From Octopus bimaculoides (Eukaryota), in NCBI RefSeq assembly GCF_001194135.2, contig NC_069000.1, positions 21,790,160-21,846,118 of the forward strand: a DNA stretch of 55,959 bases. Reading direction: 5' to 3'. The position numbers and the translations under genes are program-made. Below are positions 12,670 to 25,119 of the stretch, piece by piece (the first letter of the stretch is position 1; each line of letters starts with the position of its first letter). The notes under the pieces are model-generated. The model ran no database searches, was not told where the DNA came from, and saw only the letters and a program-made list of their open reading frames with translations.

Positions 12670-12695
12670 AATTATTATTATTATTATCATTATTA

Positions 12696-12733
<38 letters not shown>

Positions 12734-12735
12734 GT
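12670..12735. repeat. (ATT)n microsatellite
   Basis: Direct reading. Confidence 0.95.
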
Positions 12736-13789
12736 TGTTAATGTTGTATCTTTTATCTTCATTTTTTTTTTATTTATTCATTTTTTTCTTATCAAATCTC
12801 TGTAAGTGAGGCCTGGAACTAAATTGTTTCATCAGACGTATTATAAATCGATCTGTACTTGGGACGGTGTCCAACTATTTCAACGAGTAGCTTTTATATA
12901 ATTTTCCTTTCAATAATACTTGTTAGACCAGATCAAAGTCTTGTTAAAGGCAGTCCTTGTGTGTGTGTGTATGTATGAATAATTGGTGTTGGGGAAGGTT
13001 ATTGGTCACCTGCTTAAGACTCTCCCTCCCCCTCAGTCCCTTCTTTCTCCACCCCAAGTTCCTGCTATTTCTCTATTGCTACTTTTACATCTTCTAACAT
13101 TTCTCTAAGCCAATAAAAATGCCTTAAGTAGTGCAGACAATTTCACCTGTCCATTTCTTTTTGTAAAACTGTTTTTGCATTGATTTATTCCAAGCTAACA
13201 AGGAGGTGATAGATTCCTGAAGATTTCAACATTTCTATATTGTTTTTGGAGCATCTGAGTAGTTCATTGCCTTTTCACTGCTACAGTTTAACCATATAGT
13301 TGTTGTGGAACCTGTTCTCAGCCGAGCAGATTGTGGCTTTATTCAGGAACAACAGCACCTAGAATTAATCCAGGAAGTAAGCTTCTACAGCTTGGAGATT
13401 GTGAAGCGGATTTCACTGGAAATGAAAAGACTGTCCTCTAGTTGTTTCATCTGCATTGAACCATGACAGTAGTAGGTGCTGCTTAGTGATAGATACCTGT
13501 TGCAGAAAGTGGGAGATTTCAATGTTCAGATGACTGTAATCAGAATTGCAAATGTTCAAGACAGATGACAATGTGCAGTACATCAGAACCTATCTAATTC
13601 ATGTCAATATATATCATCTTAAATACTTGAGTGTGTGTGTGTTACACATGCACATACATAAAAAAAAGAAGGTACTGAATACATATAAGAGAGTGTATGT
13701 GTGATGCAGATTTAGTTGTTCAACAGAAGAAAGGTAAAAAAAAAAACCCAAACCTAAAAAAAACTACTTGATACCTCTAGAACTTATTT

Positions 13790-14277
13790 ATTTGAAGTTG
13801 CTTTGAGTTTATTATCCCTTTTAGGGGTTGATTAAATAAATACCAGTTATGCACTGGGGTCGATTTAATTGACTTATTCCCCTCCCCCCACCCAAAAAGA
13901 AGTTCAGACCTTGTACCTCTAGTAGAAAGGATTATTATTATTATTATTATTATTATTGTTATTATTATTATTATCGATCTAACAAATTAATTGATCAAAC
14001 TACGCTGTGGAATTTCTTCCAGTTTCAAAATCTGATGCAGTCAACTTTGCCTTTCACCCTTTTGAGGTCAATAAAATAAGCACCAGTTGAACACTGGTGT
14101 CGATGTAATGTCACATAAAATGCTTTAAAAATGCTTAATGGCATTTCTTTACATTCTAAGATCAAATTCCACCAAATTCTCAGGTTCGATAAAATAGGTG
14201 CCAGTTGAACACCAGGGTTGATGTAATCAACTCATCCTCTCTCCCAAAATTGCTGCCCTTGTGGCAAAATTTGAAAC

Positions 14278-14310
<33 letters not shown>

Positions 14311-14550
14311 GGCAGTGAGCTAGTAGAATTGTTTGCATGCTAGGCAAAATGCTTAGTGGTATTTCGCCTGTTGCTTTGTTCTGAGTTCAATTTCTGCCAA
14401 GGTCAGTTTTGCCTTTCATCCTTTTGGGATCGATAAATCAAACACCACTGAAACACTGGGGTTGATGTAATTGACTAGTCCCCTCCCACAAAAATTTCAG
14501 GCCTTGTCCCCTTAGAGAGGCTTATTATTATTATTATTATTATTATTATT
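13790..14550 (+). mobile_element. Array of four SINE-B copies with (ATT)n tails
   Basis: Four occurrences of the aataa.taccagttg..cactggg motif. Confidence 0.8.
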
Positions 14551-15595
14551 GGAGTTGCCTGTTATAGATGGGTTTTATGAACTTGTTTCTGAAAAGTATC
14601 AGATAATTTTCCAAATTCAATATTTTTTCATTTTTTTCTGATGTTTGTGTAGATCTAGATGTAGAAGATTGAAGAGTCTTTTCTTGTTATACCCCACCAT
14701 TTTGAGGAGAAACAAATTTTTTTTTTTTTTTTTTTTTTGCTATCAGTAGGAGCTGTGGGGTTGAGAGTAGTTATTGGGTTGCTACAATAGGAGCCAGGAA
14801 ATTGTATCAACTCTGACTAGATATAAATTGTAATGCATTAAAATTTCCAAATTAACAGATACAATATTAAACCAAATGTCTGGCAATCTTCGGATTGAAG
14901 TGTACTGGGTTTCTGGAGATTTTGGTTTTTTGGATACAGCCTAAATAGGTACTTAAAATGTAAAATAAACTATGAAAAGTAAAGAGTTAAAGTGTATTTA
15001 CCAGATTCAAGTAAATGCTCTTGTAAAGTAGGGTCTGTTTGATATTTATTAATCCATTTAAAATTCTTTAAATATATCATACAACATGAATACAGTGTAA
15101 TGTTTATAAGATGAAAATTAAATGAAGAAAAGTAAAGAATGTAATTTTATTTAACAGTTACAGGTACAAAGTATTATAATTATCAAGCAGAATATATTTA
15201 ATCTTTATCAATCCCACTTAAAATATTAAAGAACAAAACTATTTTTGACACACTTTATGCAAATTAGCCAACTTCTAAAACAGGGCCTGTTACTCACTAC
15301 AAGGTACAATATATTACACAGTATTGCATAGTATTTCTCAATTTTCTGAAAATTCTGGATTTCTGGAAGCTGGATAAGTGGTTTGAAATTATATTTATTT
15401 ATTTTCATCTCTGAAAATAATCAAGGTCTTCTTTGAAATGTGTGGTGAAAGGAATTCAGTTTCTAATAACAGAATGTTAGTAAATTTTCACTTTGTGCTT
15501 TGAAATTAATCTCTTTTCAAAAGATACACTTTTTTGTTAATAAATTTTGTTGGGGTAAGCCTTTCAGTATTTTCCAATATTATTTCTATTTCATG

Positions 15596-15822
15596 TAACC
15601 CTTTAACATTCAAGTTACTCAGTCAAATTTAATGCTTATTTATTCACATTGTTTTGAATTAATTATGTTTTATCTCGTAGCTTTGGGATTTCGATGTAGT
15701 GATTACTTATTGTTAGAATGCTATTGTAGGGTAGATGTGAGAGGCCAAATCTGGCCAGCTTGAACGTAAAACAAGGTATTTGATGAACCTGATATGATTG
15801 GTTTATGATGCTAAAGGATTAA
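15596..15822 (+). mobile_element. MITE-1
   Basis: taaccctttaacattc...atgctaaaggattaa; same internal body. Confidence 0.8.
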
Positions 15823-16139
15823 TGTAAATTTGACTACATCTACTTAAATTGTATACTAAATTGTAAATTCGTAAAAGAAGGGTTATACATCTAATTGAAT
15901 TTATTTTTTGTAAATGGCTTTTTGTTAAGTTACTTGAGGTGTTCAATCTCTTACATATAATTTTGATATACTTTTGACTTTTGGATGGTAAACAGTGATA
16001 TTTTTCATTTTCTCTTGTAGTATTTTTAAAGATTATCTTTTTTTTTTTATATCCTTTTACGTCAAGTCTTTTGATAAAAAGAGTCTCTTTTGATCTTATA
16101 GATTTTGTCTTATGTTTGCTTAATTACTTGTATCTTTAA

Positions 16140-16320
16140 TATCTACCATACTTTTCCATGCTTGCATGGGCTGGGATGGAGTTATTTGAGGTAGATTTTC
16201 TATGACTGGATTCTCTCATCTGTTTCTAAGCAAGGTAATCTTTCCCCATAGCCAGACATGTTCTTGCCAAATATTGCAAATAAATGACTCTGCATGTGTG
16301 ACAGTGACATCCATTACATA
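16140..16320 (-). mobile_element. SINE-C2
   Basis: ttttccatgcttgcatggg...gcaaggtaatctttcccc. Confidence 0.65.
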
Positions 16321-16354
16321 ATATTGGAATACATATGTGCGCGTGCATAATGGA

Positions 16355-16505
16355 CTTCAGTTTCTTGTTACCAAATCCACCCACAGTTTTGGTTTGCCTG
16401 AGACTATAGTAGAAGATGCTTGCCCAAGGTACCATGCAGTGGAACTGAACCCAGAATCATGTGATTTGGAAGCAAGCATCTTATGAAATAGCTATGCCTG
16501 TGCCT
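16355..16505 (-). mobile_element. SINE-A first arm
   Basis: ccaaatccac...cttgcccaaggtaccatgcagtgg. Confidence 0.75.
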
Positions 16506-16826
16506 ATATATGTATGTGTGTACACACAACACATATATATATTAAAATAGTAGGGTAAAAAATTGGATATTAATTAATATCAATTTAATACCACGAAACT
16601 AGCACATTAAAAGAATCAGGAGATTCAGAAAAAATTATCTGAGATCTCAAAAGGATTATTGTATATGTATATATATATCAAAACTCTCATTTAAATTTTT
16701 GATATATAACCAAGGAGATCGATCCATAAGGAGTCTACTATAGACTTTGGGGAGAAATCTCTTGCTATTTTGGTAGCGATTACATGTTTATCTCATCAAC
16801 ACATTGTGGAGATATCATCATATGAA

Positions 16827-16906
16827 NNNNNNNNNNNNNNNNNNNNNNNNNNNNNNNNNNNNNNNNNNNNNNNNNNNNNNNNNNNNNNNNNNNNNNNNNN
16901 NNNNNN
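16827..16906. other. Assembly gap (80 N)
   Basis: N run. Confidence 1.
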
Positions 16907-17479
16907 TATACACACACATACTATATAAATGCCACAACCACGGAACTATAGCCCTTTTAACTTAAACTTTAACAAGTCGGAGTGCTAAAAATTCACCTGA
17001 TGATTCCACATTGTTCATGTATGTCATGTGCTTTCCGATCAATACAAAATGGAAAAAATAAATAAAATAAAAGTGGTTGTAGTAGGAGGAGACTATTTAT
17101 AAGCAAAGACTATATATAAGCAAAGTGGCAAAATTATATCTCTGATCATTGATTGAATGCACAAATTCATATTTACTCAGTTTACAGTTCATTGCCAATC
17201 AGTCTAATATAAAGGCGTTAAATATCATTTTTACCTGTTACTTCTGCTATTTTTATGACTAATGTTTTTTATCAATCTATCTATTGACCACTACGCTTTT
17301 TTCGTATATACATTTTTCTACCCAATTTCTCTTTTGGCCTGTGCACTTCCAACATATATATTTTGTTGGTTATATTTTCAATGAGAAGTGGAATACAAGG
17401 CTCACAACCATCATTGGTTGTACTATTTGATCCTTGACTCGTGTCAATGTAAGAAATTATTGTTTCCATTATCATTATT

Positions 17480-18150
17480 ATCAAGGTGGCAAGGTGGCAG
17501 AATTGTTAGCACATCTGAAGAAATGCTTAGTGGTATTACACCCATCGCTACATTCTGAGTTCAAATTCTGCTGAGGTCAACTTTGCCTTTCATCCTTTTT
17601 AGGTCTATAAATTAAGCACCAGTGAAACACTTGGGTCAATGTAATTGACTGGTCCTCTCCCACCAGATTTCAGGCCTTGTGCCTTTAGTATAAAGGATTA
17701 TCATCATCATCATCATCGTTATTATTATTATTAGGCAGTGGGCTGATAGGATCGTTAGTGCGCTGGATGAAATGCTTTGCAGTATTTCACCAGTTGTTAT
17801 GTTCTGAGTTCAAATAAGTACCAGTTGAACACTGGAGTTGATGTAATTGACTCATCCCCTCCCCCAAAATTGCTGCCCTTGTGGCAAAATTTGAAACCAT
17901 TATCATTGTTATTAGTTTTGAGAAGGCCGTGAGCTGGCTGAAGACTTAGCACACCAGGCAAAATGCTTAATGACATTTTGTCCATCTTTATGTTCTCAGT
18001 TCAAATGCCACTGGGGTTGAGTTTGCTGTTCATTCTTTTGGGGTTGATGAAATAAGTACCTGTTAAGAACTGGGGTTGATGTAATGAACACTCCTCTTCT
18101 GCCAAAACTTCAGGCCATGCACCTATAACAGACAGGATTATTATTAGTTT
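17480..18150 (+). mobile_element. Array of three SINE-B copies
   Basis: Three heads (aaggtggc, aggcagtg, aaggccgt) each following the previous copy's tail. Confidence 0.85.
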
Positions 18151-18159
18151 TAAGAAGAC

Positions 18160-18270
18160 TTTGATCAACATTACATCAGAATCTCAAATCTACAAGATAT
18201 TACACAATTAATCCAAAACAATGTGAATCAATATTCCAGTTCACAGAGTAATCTGAAGGCTAAAGAGTTA
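18160..18270 (-). mobile_element. MITE-1 partial
   Basis: Ends gtaatctgaaggctaaagagttaa. Confidence 0.7.
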
Positions 18271-18401
18271 AATGCCCCATTTCACCTTTTAATCATAATG
18301 TTTAACCTTTCCGTAGACTAGATCTTAACCCTAAGCAATATTCAACTTGTCGATCTAGTTTAGAAAAAAAATTTTTGTTAGTCTGAAAATTATTAATTTT
18401 T

Positions 18402-18620
18402 TTAACACTTTAGCATTCAGATTTCTCTGTCAAATGTAATGCTTATTTATTTATATTATTTTCAGTTGATCATGTAATTAATATCTTGTAGCTTTGAAAT
18501 TTTGATGATGTGATCGCTTATTCTTAAAATGACATTGTAGGGTTGGTGTGAGAGGCTGAATCTTCCTGTTTTAAACATCAAACAAGAAGAATATTTGGGC
18601 TACATATGACATTTTAACTG
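18402..18620 (+). mobile_element. MITE-1
   Basis: ttaacactttagcattcagatttctctgtcaaatg start; right end degenerate. Confidence 0.75.
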
Positions 18621-18662
18621 GTAATTCTATTCTCATTAAATCTGGTTGTGAATATTTCTTTC

Positions 18663-18886
18663 TTAACTCTTTAGCATTCAGATTACTCTGTCAAATTAAT
18701 GCTTATTTACATTGTTTTGAATTAATCATCTGTTATCTTGTAGCTTGGAGATTTCGATGATGTGATTGTTTATTTTCGGAATGTCATTGTAGAGTTGGTG
18801 TGAGAGGCTGGATCTGGTCAGTTTGAACATAAGACAGGTAGAATATTTAAGCTGAATATAGCTGGATTAAATGTTAAGGGATTTAA
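18663..18886 (+). mobile_element. MITE-1
   Basis: ttaactctttagcattcag...aatgttaagggatttaa. Confidence 0.8.
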
Positions 18887-19187
18887 TTTTATCTTGATGA
18901 TTAAGGCTTTTTCTTGACATTAAATTCTATTGGTTTTATTTTTTCTTGATACAGTCATTTTTCTTCATACAGTAGTTATTTGTTCTCTTGAGGAGTACAC
19001 ACCAATATCAGTTATTTGTTGCCAATCAGCTGATGATTACAGTTAGCTATTAGGCTAATTGAACAAAACTTTTAGGTCTAAGATATATACTTTTGAAAAA
19101 CATAGTTCTGTGTGTGCAAGTGTGTATACCTTATGATTAGTTTGTACCCCCCCCCACTACTACTGCTGCTGCTGCTACTACTACTAC

Positions 19188-19222
<35 letters not shown>

Positions 19223-19984
19223 GCCAATTTTAGATATGGAAGCTCTTCCAATTCCTCTCTGGATTGATTCATAGAAGAAGCAATTAATAATTTTACATAA
19301 ACATTCACTAAAAAAAAAAAATCTTTTCAACAAGAAATTGAACTGGTTTTGTGCTGAACTGATATATATTATGTCTTGTTAGGTGGTGTTCATGAAAGAC
19401 ACAATAAAATGTAATCTAATTAAGCTGTCCCTGCTCCAACTGCACTGTCACTAAGAGGCTCTTTCATTCATCTTGGAGTACTTCAAAGAATTATTTCTTT
19501 TTGAACGTTATTTGATCTTAGTTAATTAAACATGTTCTGTAGACACCTCTTCTTTCTTGAACATTTTGTACTTTCTGTTTGCTGGCATAGACCATCACTT
19601 AGCCTGCTCATATTTTATAGCTTCATTTAAACATGTGTAATGTTTGAACTTTTGCTATGAAAGTGTACCAACTAGAGAATAACATGTGAGTCTGTTTTGC
19701 CACATCACATTGCTATTTATCTGTGGAATTTGGTGATAAAGTGTTAAACTGTGAAACATGCTATTGCTGTGCTGATCTCCTTTCTAATGTAAACTCAAGC
19801 TTCCTGTTTTATTTTTGTTTTCAAAGAATAAATACCAAATGCTTAAGAGACAGTCTTAAAGAGTTTATGAACAGGACAGAAAATCCTCATCATGGTTTTA
19901 GTGCTTGTTTTTCTATTGCTGATATTCATTGGATAGGTTTTCTCTGCAGCATTAAGCAATGCAGCTAAATTTGTTTGCAGACTG

Positions 19985-20340
19985 GCAAAAAAAATACTTA
20001 AATCATTTTATGTCCATATTTTCATGCTTGCATAGTTTGGGTGGTTTTCTCCATCACAGCATCTTGCTGCTTGCTACTGTCCTTTCTGATCTTCTTTGTA
20101 AAGTTTAGCTTCTTGCGATCAGCCTTCATCACTTTTTTCTATGTCTTCTTCATTTTTCTTCTTGCACAACTTCCTTCCACTTGGATCATCTTCTATATGC
20201 ATCACATATTGGTACCAGTTCAGACTTCTCTCTAGCTTACTACATCTGATTCCTTTTATTCTTAGTCTTTCCCTCAACCTTTTTGTGCATATATATGAAC
20301 ATTACACATCCATTAAAGAATACTCACCTTATTTCTTTCT
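19985..20340 (-). mobile_element. 3' end of an RTE LINE including its terminal tail
   Basis: Minus strand reads LRERLRIKGIRCSKLERSLNWYQYV...AVMEKT, then caaactatgcaagcatgaaaatatggacataaaatga, the same tail as SINE-C. Confidence 0.7.
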
Positions 20341-22804
20341 GGCCTTTCCACAGACACTACTTTTAATAATTGATAGATTCTGGTAATTAGTGTTGCAAAT
20401 GGTTAGGTTACTTGTATTACTGAACTCTGAGTCTTGATCCCTCTTCCTTCAATGTGCAAAAATCATAAAATTTTTATTATCAAAATAGCCATTATTGTAG
20501 TGCCTAACATCTTCATTGCTATCACCAGTCATAATAGTGAGCTAACTGTTGTCTGTTGTCTAAGTAACGTGCAGTAGGCCAATGTAGGAATGACCTTTTT
20601 GCATATGTCAGTCCTGGCTGTGGTGCACAAGCTAACATTGCTGTTGTTATGTGGCCTATTGCAAATGTGTAGGTGTCAAGTCTGGCAACATCAGCAGTGG
20701 TCTGGTGCAGCACAGCAGTGAGTCAGAAAATGGCACTGCTACAAAAATTATGACAGCCAAACCTACCACCAACATCAACAAATATGATAACACTGAGGAA
20801 AGGCTGGAAAAGGTAAAAATGATAACATTGGCAAAAAAAAAAAAAAAATGGTTGAGAATGACAGAGAAAAATTGAACAAAATCAAACTCCAATTTCATCA
20901 TCAGGAACAAAACTAATGACAGCTGCTGAAACAAGAACAACAACAGCAAAAATAATAATGTAAACAAGAATAACGCCAAGGAATTTTCCCATTTGCAAAA
21001 GCATCTGGACAGGACACTTCAGTTCAAAGAATAAAATATAAGCTATATATATATAAAGACAAGCTGAATCATTCACTGAGAAGCAGAGTCACCTACAGCT
21101 GCATAAACTAAAAACCAATAAGAGTGCAAAAACCTTTCTCCAGTGTAAACTAGGAGCATTTCTAGTTGTGTGGGGGCAATGAATGGTATCTCTACTGAGG
21201 AAGCATCTGGACAAAGGAGACATGCTCAACAATTTTTATGCTCAAACTTCTGCTAAATATGGTTGTCATCAGCTGTGTAGATGGAGAATCTGAAACTTGT
21301 ATGATTCCTTGTATTACCACTTTACAGATTTTGAAATAACACGGTCTATAATGAACTAAGGCCTCAAATCACACACATACACACACCCTGGCAAATGTGC
21401 ATGCATGCATCCACACACACAGAGATTAAGTACAATGCATACTGTACTAAACTGCATGCCAAATCTTACTACCTTTTATGTATGTTTTTATATTTAACTT
21501 TTGGTTTAAAAGTATCTAATGAAGATGTTTAATATTCAGATTGTTAAATGTGTATCTGTGATTTAAAAAACTAGTTTTAGTAAAATTTTGATAGACAGAT
21601 CATGAAAATATTCAACCTTTGCTTCATTTCACAGATCATTCAGCTATATTTAATTTACTAATTTAGCAACACGCTTTTTTTTTTTTTTTAATTATTCCTA
21701 ATAAATCACAGCAGCAGCATGTTTTAATTATACTGTCTTCAGTGATAATATATTGAGACTTCAATTTCTTATTCCTTAGAAAAATTTTTCTCCAACGGAA
21801 AAACCACAAAAACCAAAAACAAAACAAAAGATACCTTTTCCCATTTCTAGAGCAGAGGCTAACACATTGTCTTCTATAGTGAAAATGCTTTTGGTATTTT
21901 CAATGAAAAATTACCTTGAATTTTTATTTTTAGTTGCTATATCTGCCTTATGATGATCCATTTTCATGCAGCCCACTGCTCACAAATGGTTGCCTATGCT
22001 TAACATAGACACACACATACATACAAAGACATATAGTCAGACACATATGTATACAACTAAGCACACATGCATATGCAGACAGGCAGATACACATACAGAC
22101 ATACATATACAAACACATATTGCTGAGGAAGATACTGAGATCCAAGACCTGGCATACATTTGTGTACAATCGTGTATATACATGTTGAGAATGACACAAA
22201 ACATGAACAGTAACAGTCAGTTCCACTACATGATGGCAACGAGCCAAAATGTAACTCGTTTCGCTCTTTCTTTCAACTCTTTTATTTCTTTTCTTTTGAT
22301 TTAAAAAAAGATATATATTTTCTTTTGATTTCATATCAGCTTTCTTTTTTCTTTCCCTCCCTCTCTCTCTTGCTTTCTTGCACTTCTTGATCTTTTTTCT
22401 TCTTTTCGGCAGTTCTTGTTTTCTCTTTATCTGAAGGGGCCCAGTGTTCACTCCCACTCTCTCAGATCACCATCTCCTCCTTCTCCTCTAATTTGTCCAT
22501 CCCAACAGCCAATGAATTAGAAAACAACCAATCTATTATAAACACTTCAACAGAAGAAATACTATAGGCAACAAAGAGTATTGGTAATCTATGTCAGAAA
22601 ATCCCCTTCCTTCCTTGCCCCGACAGGGAGGAGGTGAGCATTGATGTCTGTTTATTAGTAAGCATACGTTTGTTGTAATCTTGCAACTAAAGCAAAGTCA
22701 TCTCTGTAGTCACTACTATCCAAAGAAGTAATTTAGTCTGCACCAAATGCTGACCATTGACTGGCCTGGAAAGACATTCAGTGAAGAAGCCATAATAAAA
22801 ACCT

Positions 22805-22851
<47 letters not shown>

Positions 22852-23106
22852 CTCTTTCTCTTGCCCTCTGTGTCTGTATATGTATATACATGCACACTCA
22901 CATTGTTTGTAATGAACAAGAGAAGAAGTAATAATGTAAGTAATAAAAAGTGTAGAGTATAATTGCATTTATTCAGTTGATGGCTTATGCTGTTATTCTG
23001 AGTTTTATAATTCCTTAATTAGTCAGATAGTAAGTGCTGATCTGCAATGATAAAACACTCAAAAACAATTCAAGGTATGTTTGTACATGTATGCATTCAT
23101 ACATAC

Positions 23107-23144
<38 letters not shown>

Positions 23145-23480
23145 ATAGGCTTGGCTGTGTGGTAAGAAGCTTGCTTCCTAACTGCATGGTTTCAAATTCA
23201 GTCCCACTACATGGCACTTGGGCAACTGTTTGCTACTGTTGCTCTAGGCCTTGTGTGTAGATCTAGTAGACGGAAACTGAAAGCAGGTCGTTGTGTGTGT
23301 GTATCTGTCACCACCACATAGGTTTAGGTTTGTTTACATCCCTATAACTTGACAGTTTGGCAAAAAGTGACCAATAGAATAACTATCAGGCTTAAAGAAA
23401 TTGACAACGGTACTAATTTTTTAGACTAAACCCTTCATAGTGGTGTCCCAGTATGGTTACAGCCCAATGATTGAAACAAA
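23145..23480 (+). mobile_element. SINE-A
   Basis: ggctgtgtggtaagaagcttgcttcc...cacttgggcaac...gattgaaacaa. Confidence 0.8.
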
Positions 23481-23482
23481 TT

Positions 23483-23538
<56 letters not shown>

Positions 23539-23789
23539 TACACACACACACACAAGTTTGTCCTAATTGTTTCTTCTCTGGTCTTCCTTAGATTGTAATT
23601 TTGTGACCTGGTCTGTTGTATCCCATAGAAAAACTGTATGAAGTTAGATATCATAGACACCAATTCAATTGGATAAAGAGCAACAACTCCATTGATGTGT
23701 GCACTGAGTTTCTAATTTCATTGTACTCTACTTACCATAGCCTTCTTTGAAAATTATGTATTTTAAATGTACCTACTCCAGCATTCACT

Positions 23790-24200
23790 CCTTAGAAGGG
23801 GAGAAGTTGGCAAAAAAAGCTAAACTTATTATCTTCAATTCCAGTTTTTGTGTCTATCCTCACCTAGGGTTGTAAATGTTGGGTAGTGACCAAAAGAGTA
23901 AAATTGTGAATGCAAGTGGCCAAAATGAGGCTCTTCTAAAGGGTCTTTGGATTAACAGCTCCAATACTACGGACATGTGATTAGAAAGAATTGCAATATG
24001 GCCCCTTCAAGCTGAGCCAAATTGTAGGAGACTTAGGGTTAGACCAAGAATGAGTTGACTGGATAATATCCATAGTTTCTTGCTCATGTTTGCTTGGAAA
24101 TCCAGCTAGAAAGTCTAATGACAATTGCTTTTGAAAGAATCTCATGGAGGAGGTGCTTGAAGACTTCCATGATTCTCCTAGGATTAGTGGATGGAGAAGA
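23790..24200 (+). mobile_element. Decayed RTE LINE C-terminal fragment (Rex3/Expander-like)
   Basis: KAKLIIFNS..FVSILT*GCKCWVVTKRVKL*MQVAKM from ~23816 and later RPRMS*LDNI. These match the KAKL..Y...L.YG.ECWV.T and GRPR..W.D motifs. Confidence 0.7.
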
Positions 24201-24906
24201 TGGATGGATAGACAGTTGCCATTTTAAAAAAGTTTATTTTATTGTTTCGCTTTTGTTTTTGAAGATAGACATATTGTGATGGGACAGTTTATGTCCCCCA
24301 ACAAAAATACAATTTGAAAAGGTTTCATAATCTTATGTTAGTATTCTTATGATCATTTAGGTCTCTATATTGAGAGGCTGCAGAATGCAATGATAAGTTG
24401 AACTGATTGTACTGAAATAGCTAATGTTTGGCACATCACTCTTTTGTGTTTAAATTCAACTGAGCTCAATTAATTATGTATTAGCGAGTGAGTGAGTGAG
24501 TGGAATTGATTCATTTGTCAATGACTACATACTAACGAAATTAGCCCTGTAACTAGTTAAAAAGAAATCATTATTATTTGATAGTTGTTTTTTTTTTTTT
24601 ATAAATTATTGTCATTGTTTAATTCATGTTTAATATATATGTTAAGTATTGCATCATTGACATGTATAAACATCTAGACTACCCATTTCCACTTGCATAT
24701 AACTCACATTTAAAACAAAAAATCTCCTCCTCCTCCTCCTCATCATCATCATCATCAACACTATCTCTTTTCCTTGTAGATTTGAGCTGTACACTTAATT
24801 CTTCTTGTATCAATTTAACTGTCAGAAATAGTCTCCAGATCATCTTAGAATGTTTCCTGAGACAGATTGTTGTCTTATCTTGGAAAGAGTTTTTATTTTT
24901 GCCCAC

Positions 24907-25119
24907 TCAACTCTTTTGATACACCTGAGACTGCTTTTGCTTCTTTGATACAAATTTCTTGTATTTAACGTGAACTAAATGAAAACCTATTAAAATTTCA
25001 TGTTAATGTTCCAAATGTCAGCTTAATAATGACTAAGTTATTTTACTAAATCCTTCATCAGTTCCAAAATTAATTGAAATAAAGAAAGTGTATTTGAACA
25101 GGTGGTAACAGAAGGTTAA
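24907..25119 (-). mobile_element. MITE-2
   Basis: tcaactcttttgatacacctgagactgc...ggtaacagaaggttaa. Confidence 0.75.

Noticed and set aside
17480-18150. Repeat-spacer periodicity suggesting a CRISPR array
   Set aside because: Units are ~200-bp decayed SINEs in a eukaryotic context, with no cas genes.
19380-19980. Possible further LINE RT fragment
   Set aside because: Weak motif resemblances appear on both strands and cannot be reconciled, so it is left uncalled.
22509-22542. Two CCAAT boxes plus TATAAA
   Set aside because: The TATA is only 4 bp from the second CCAAT, there is no downstream exon, and such motifs are common in AT-rich DNA.
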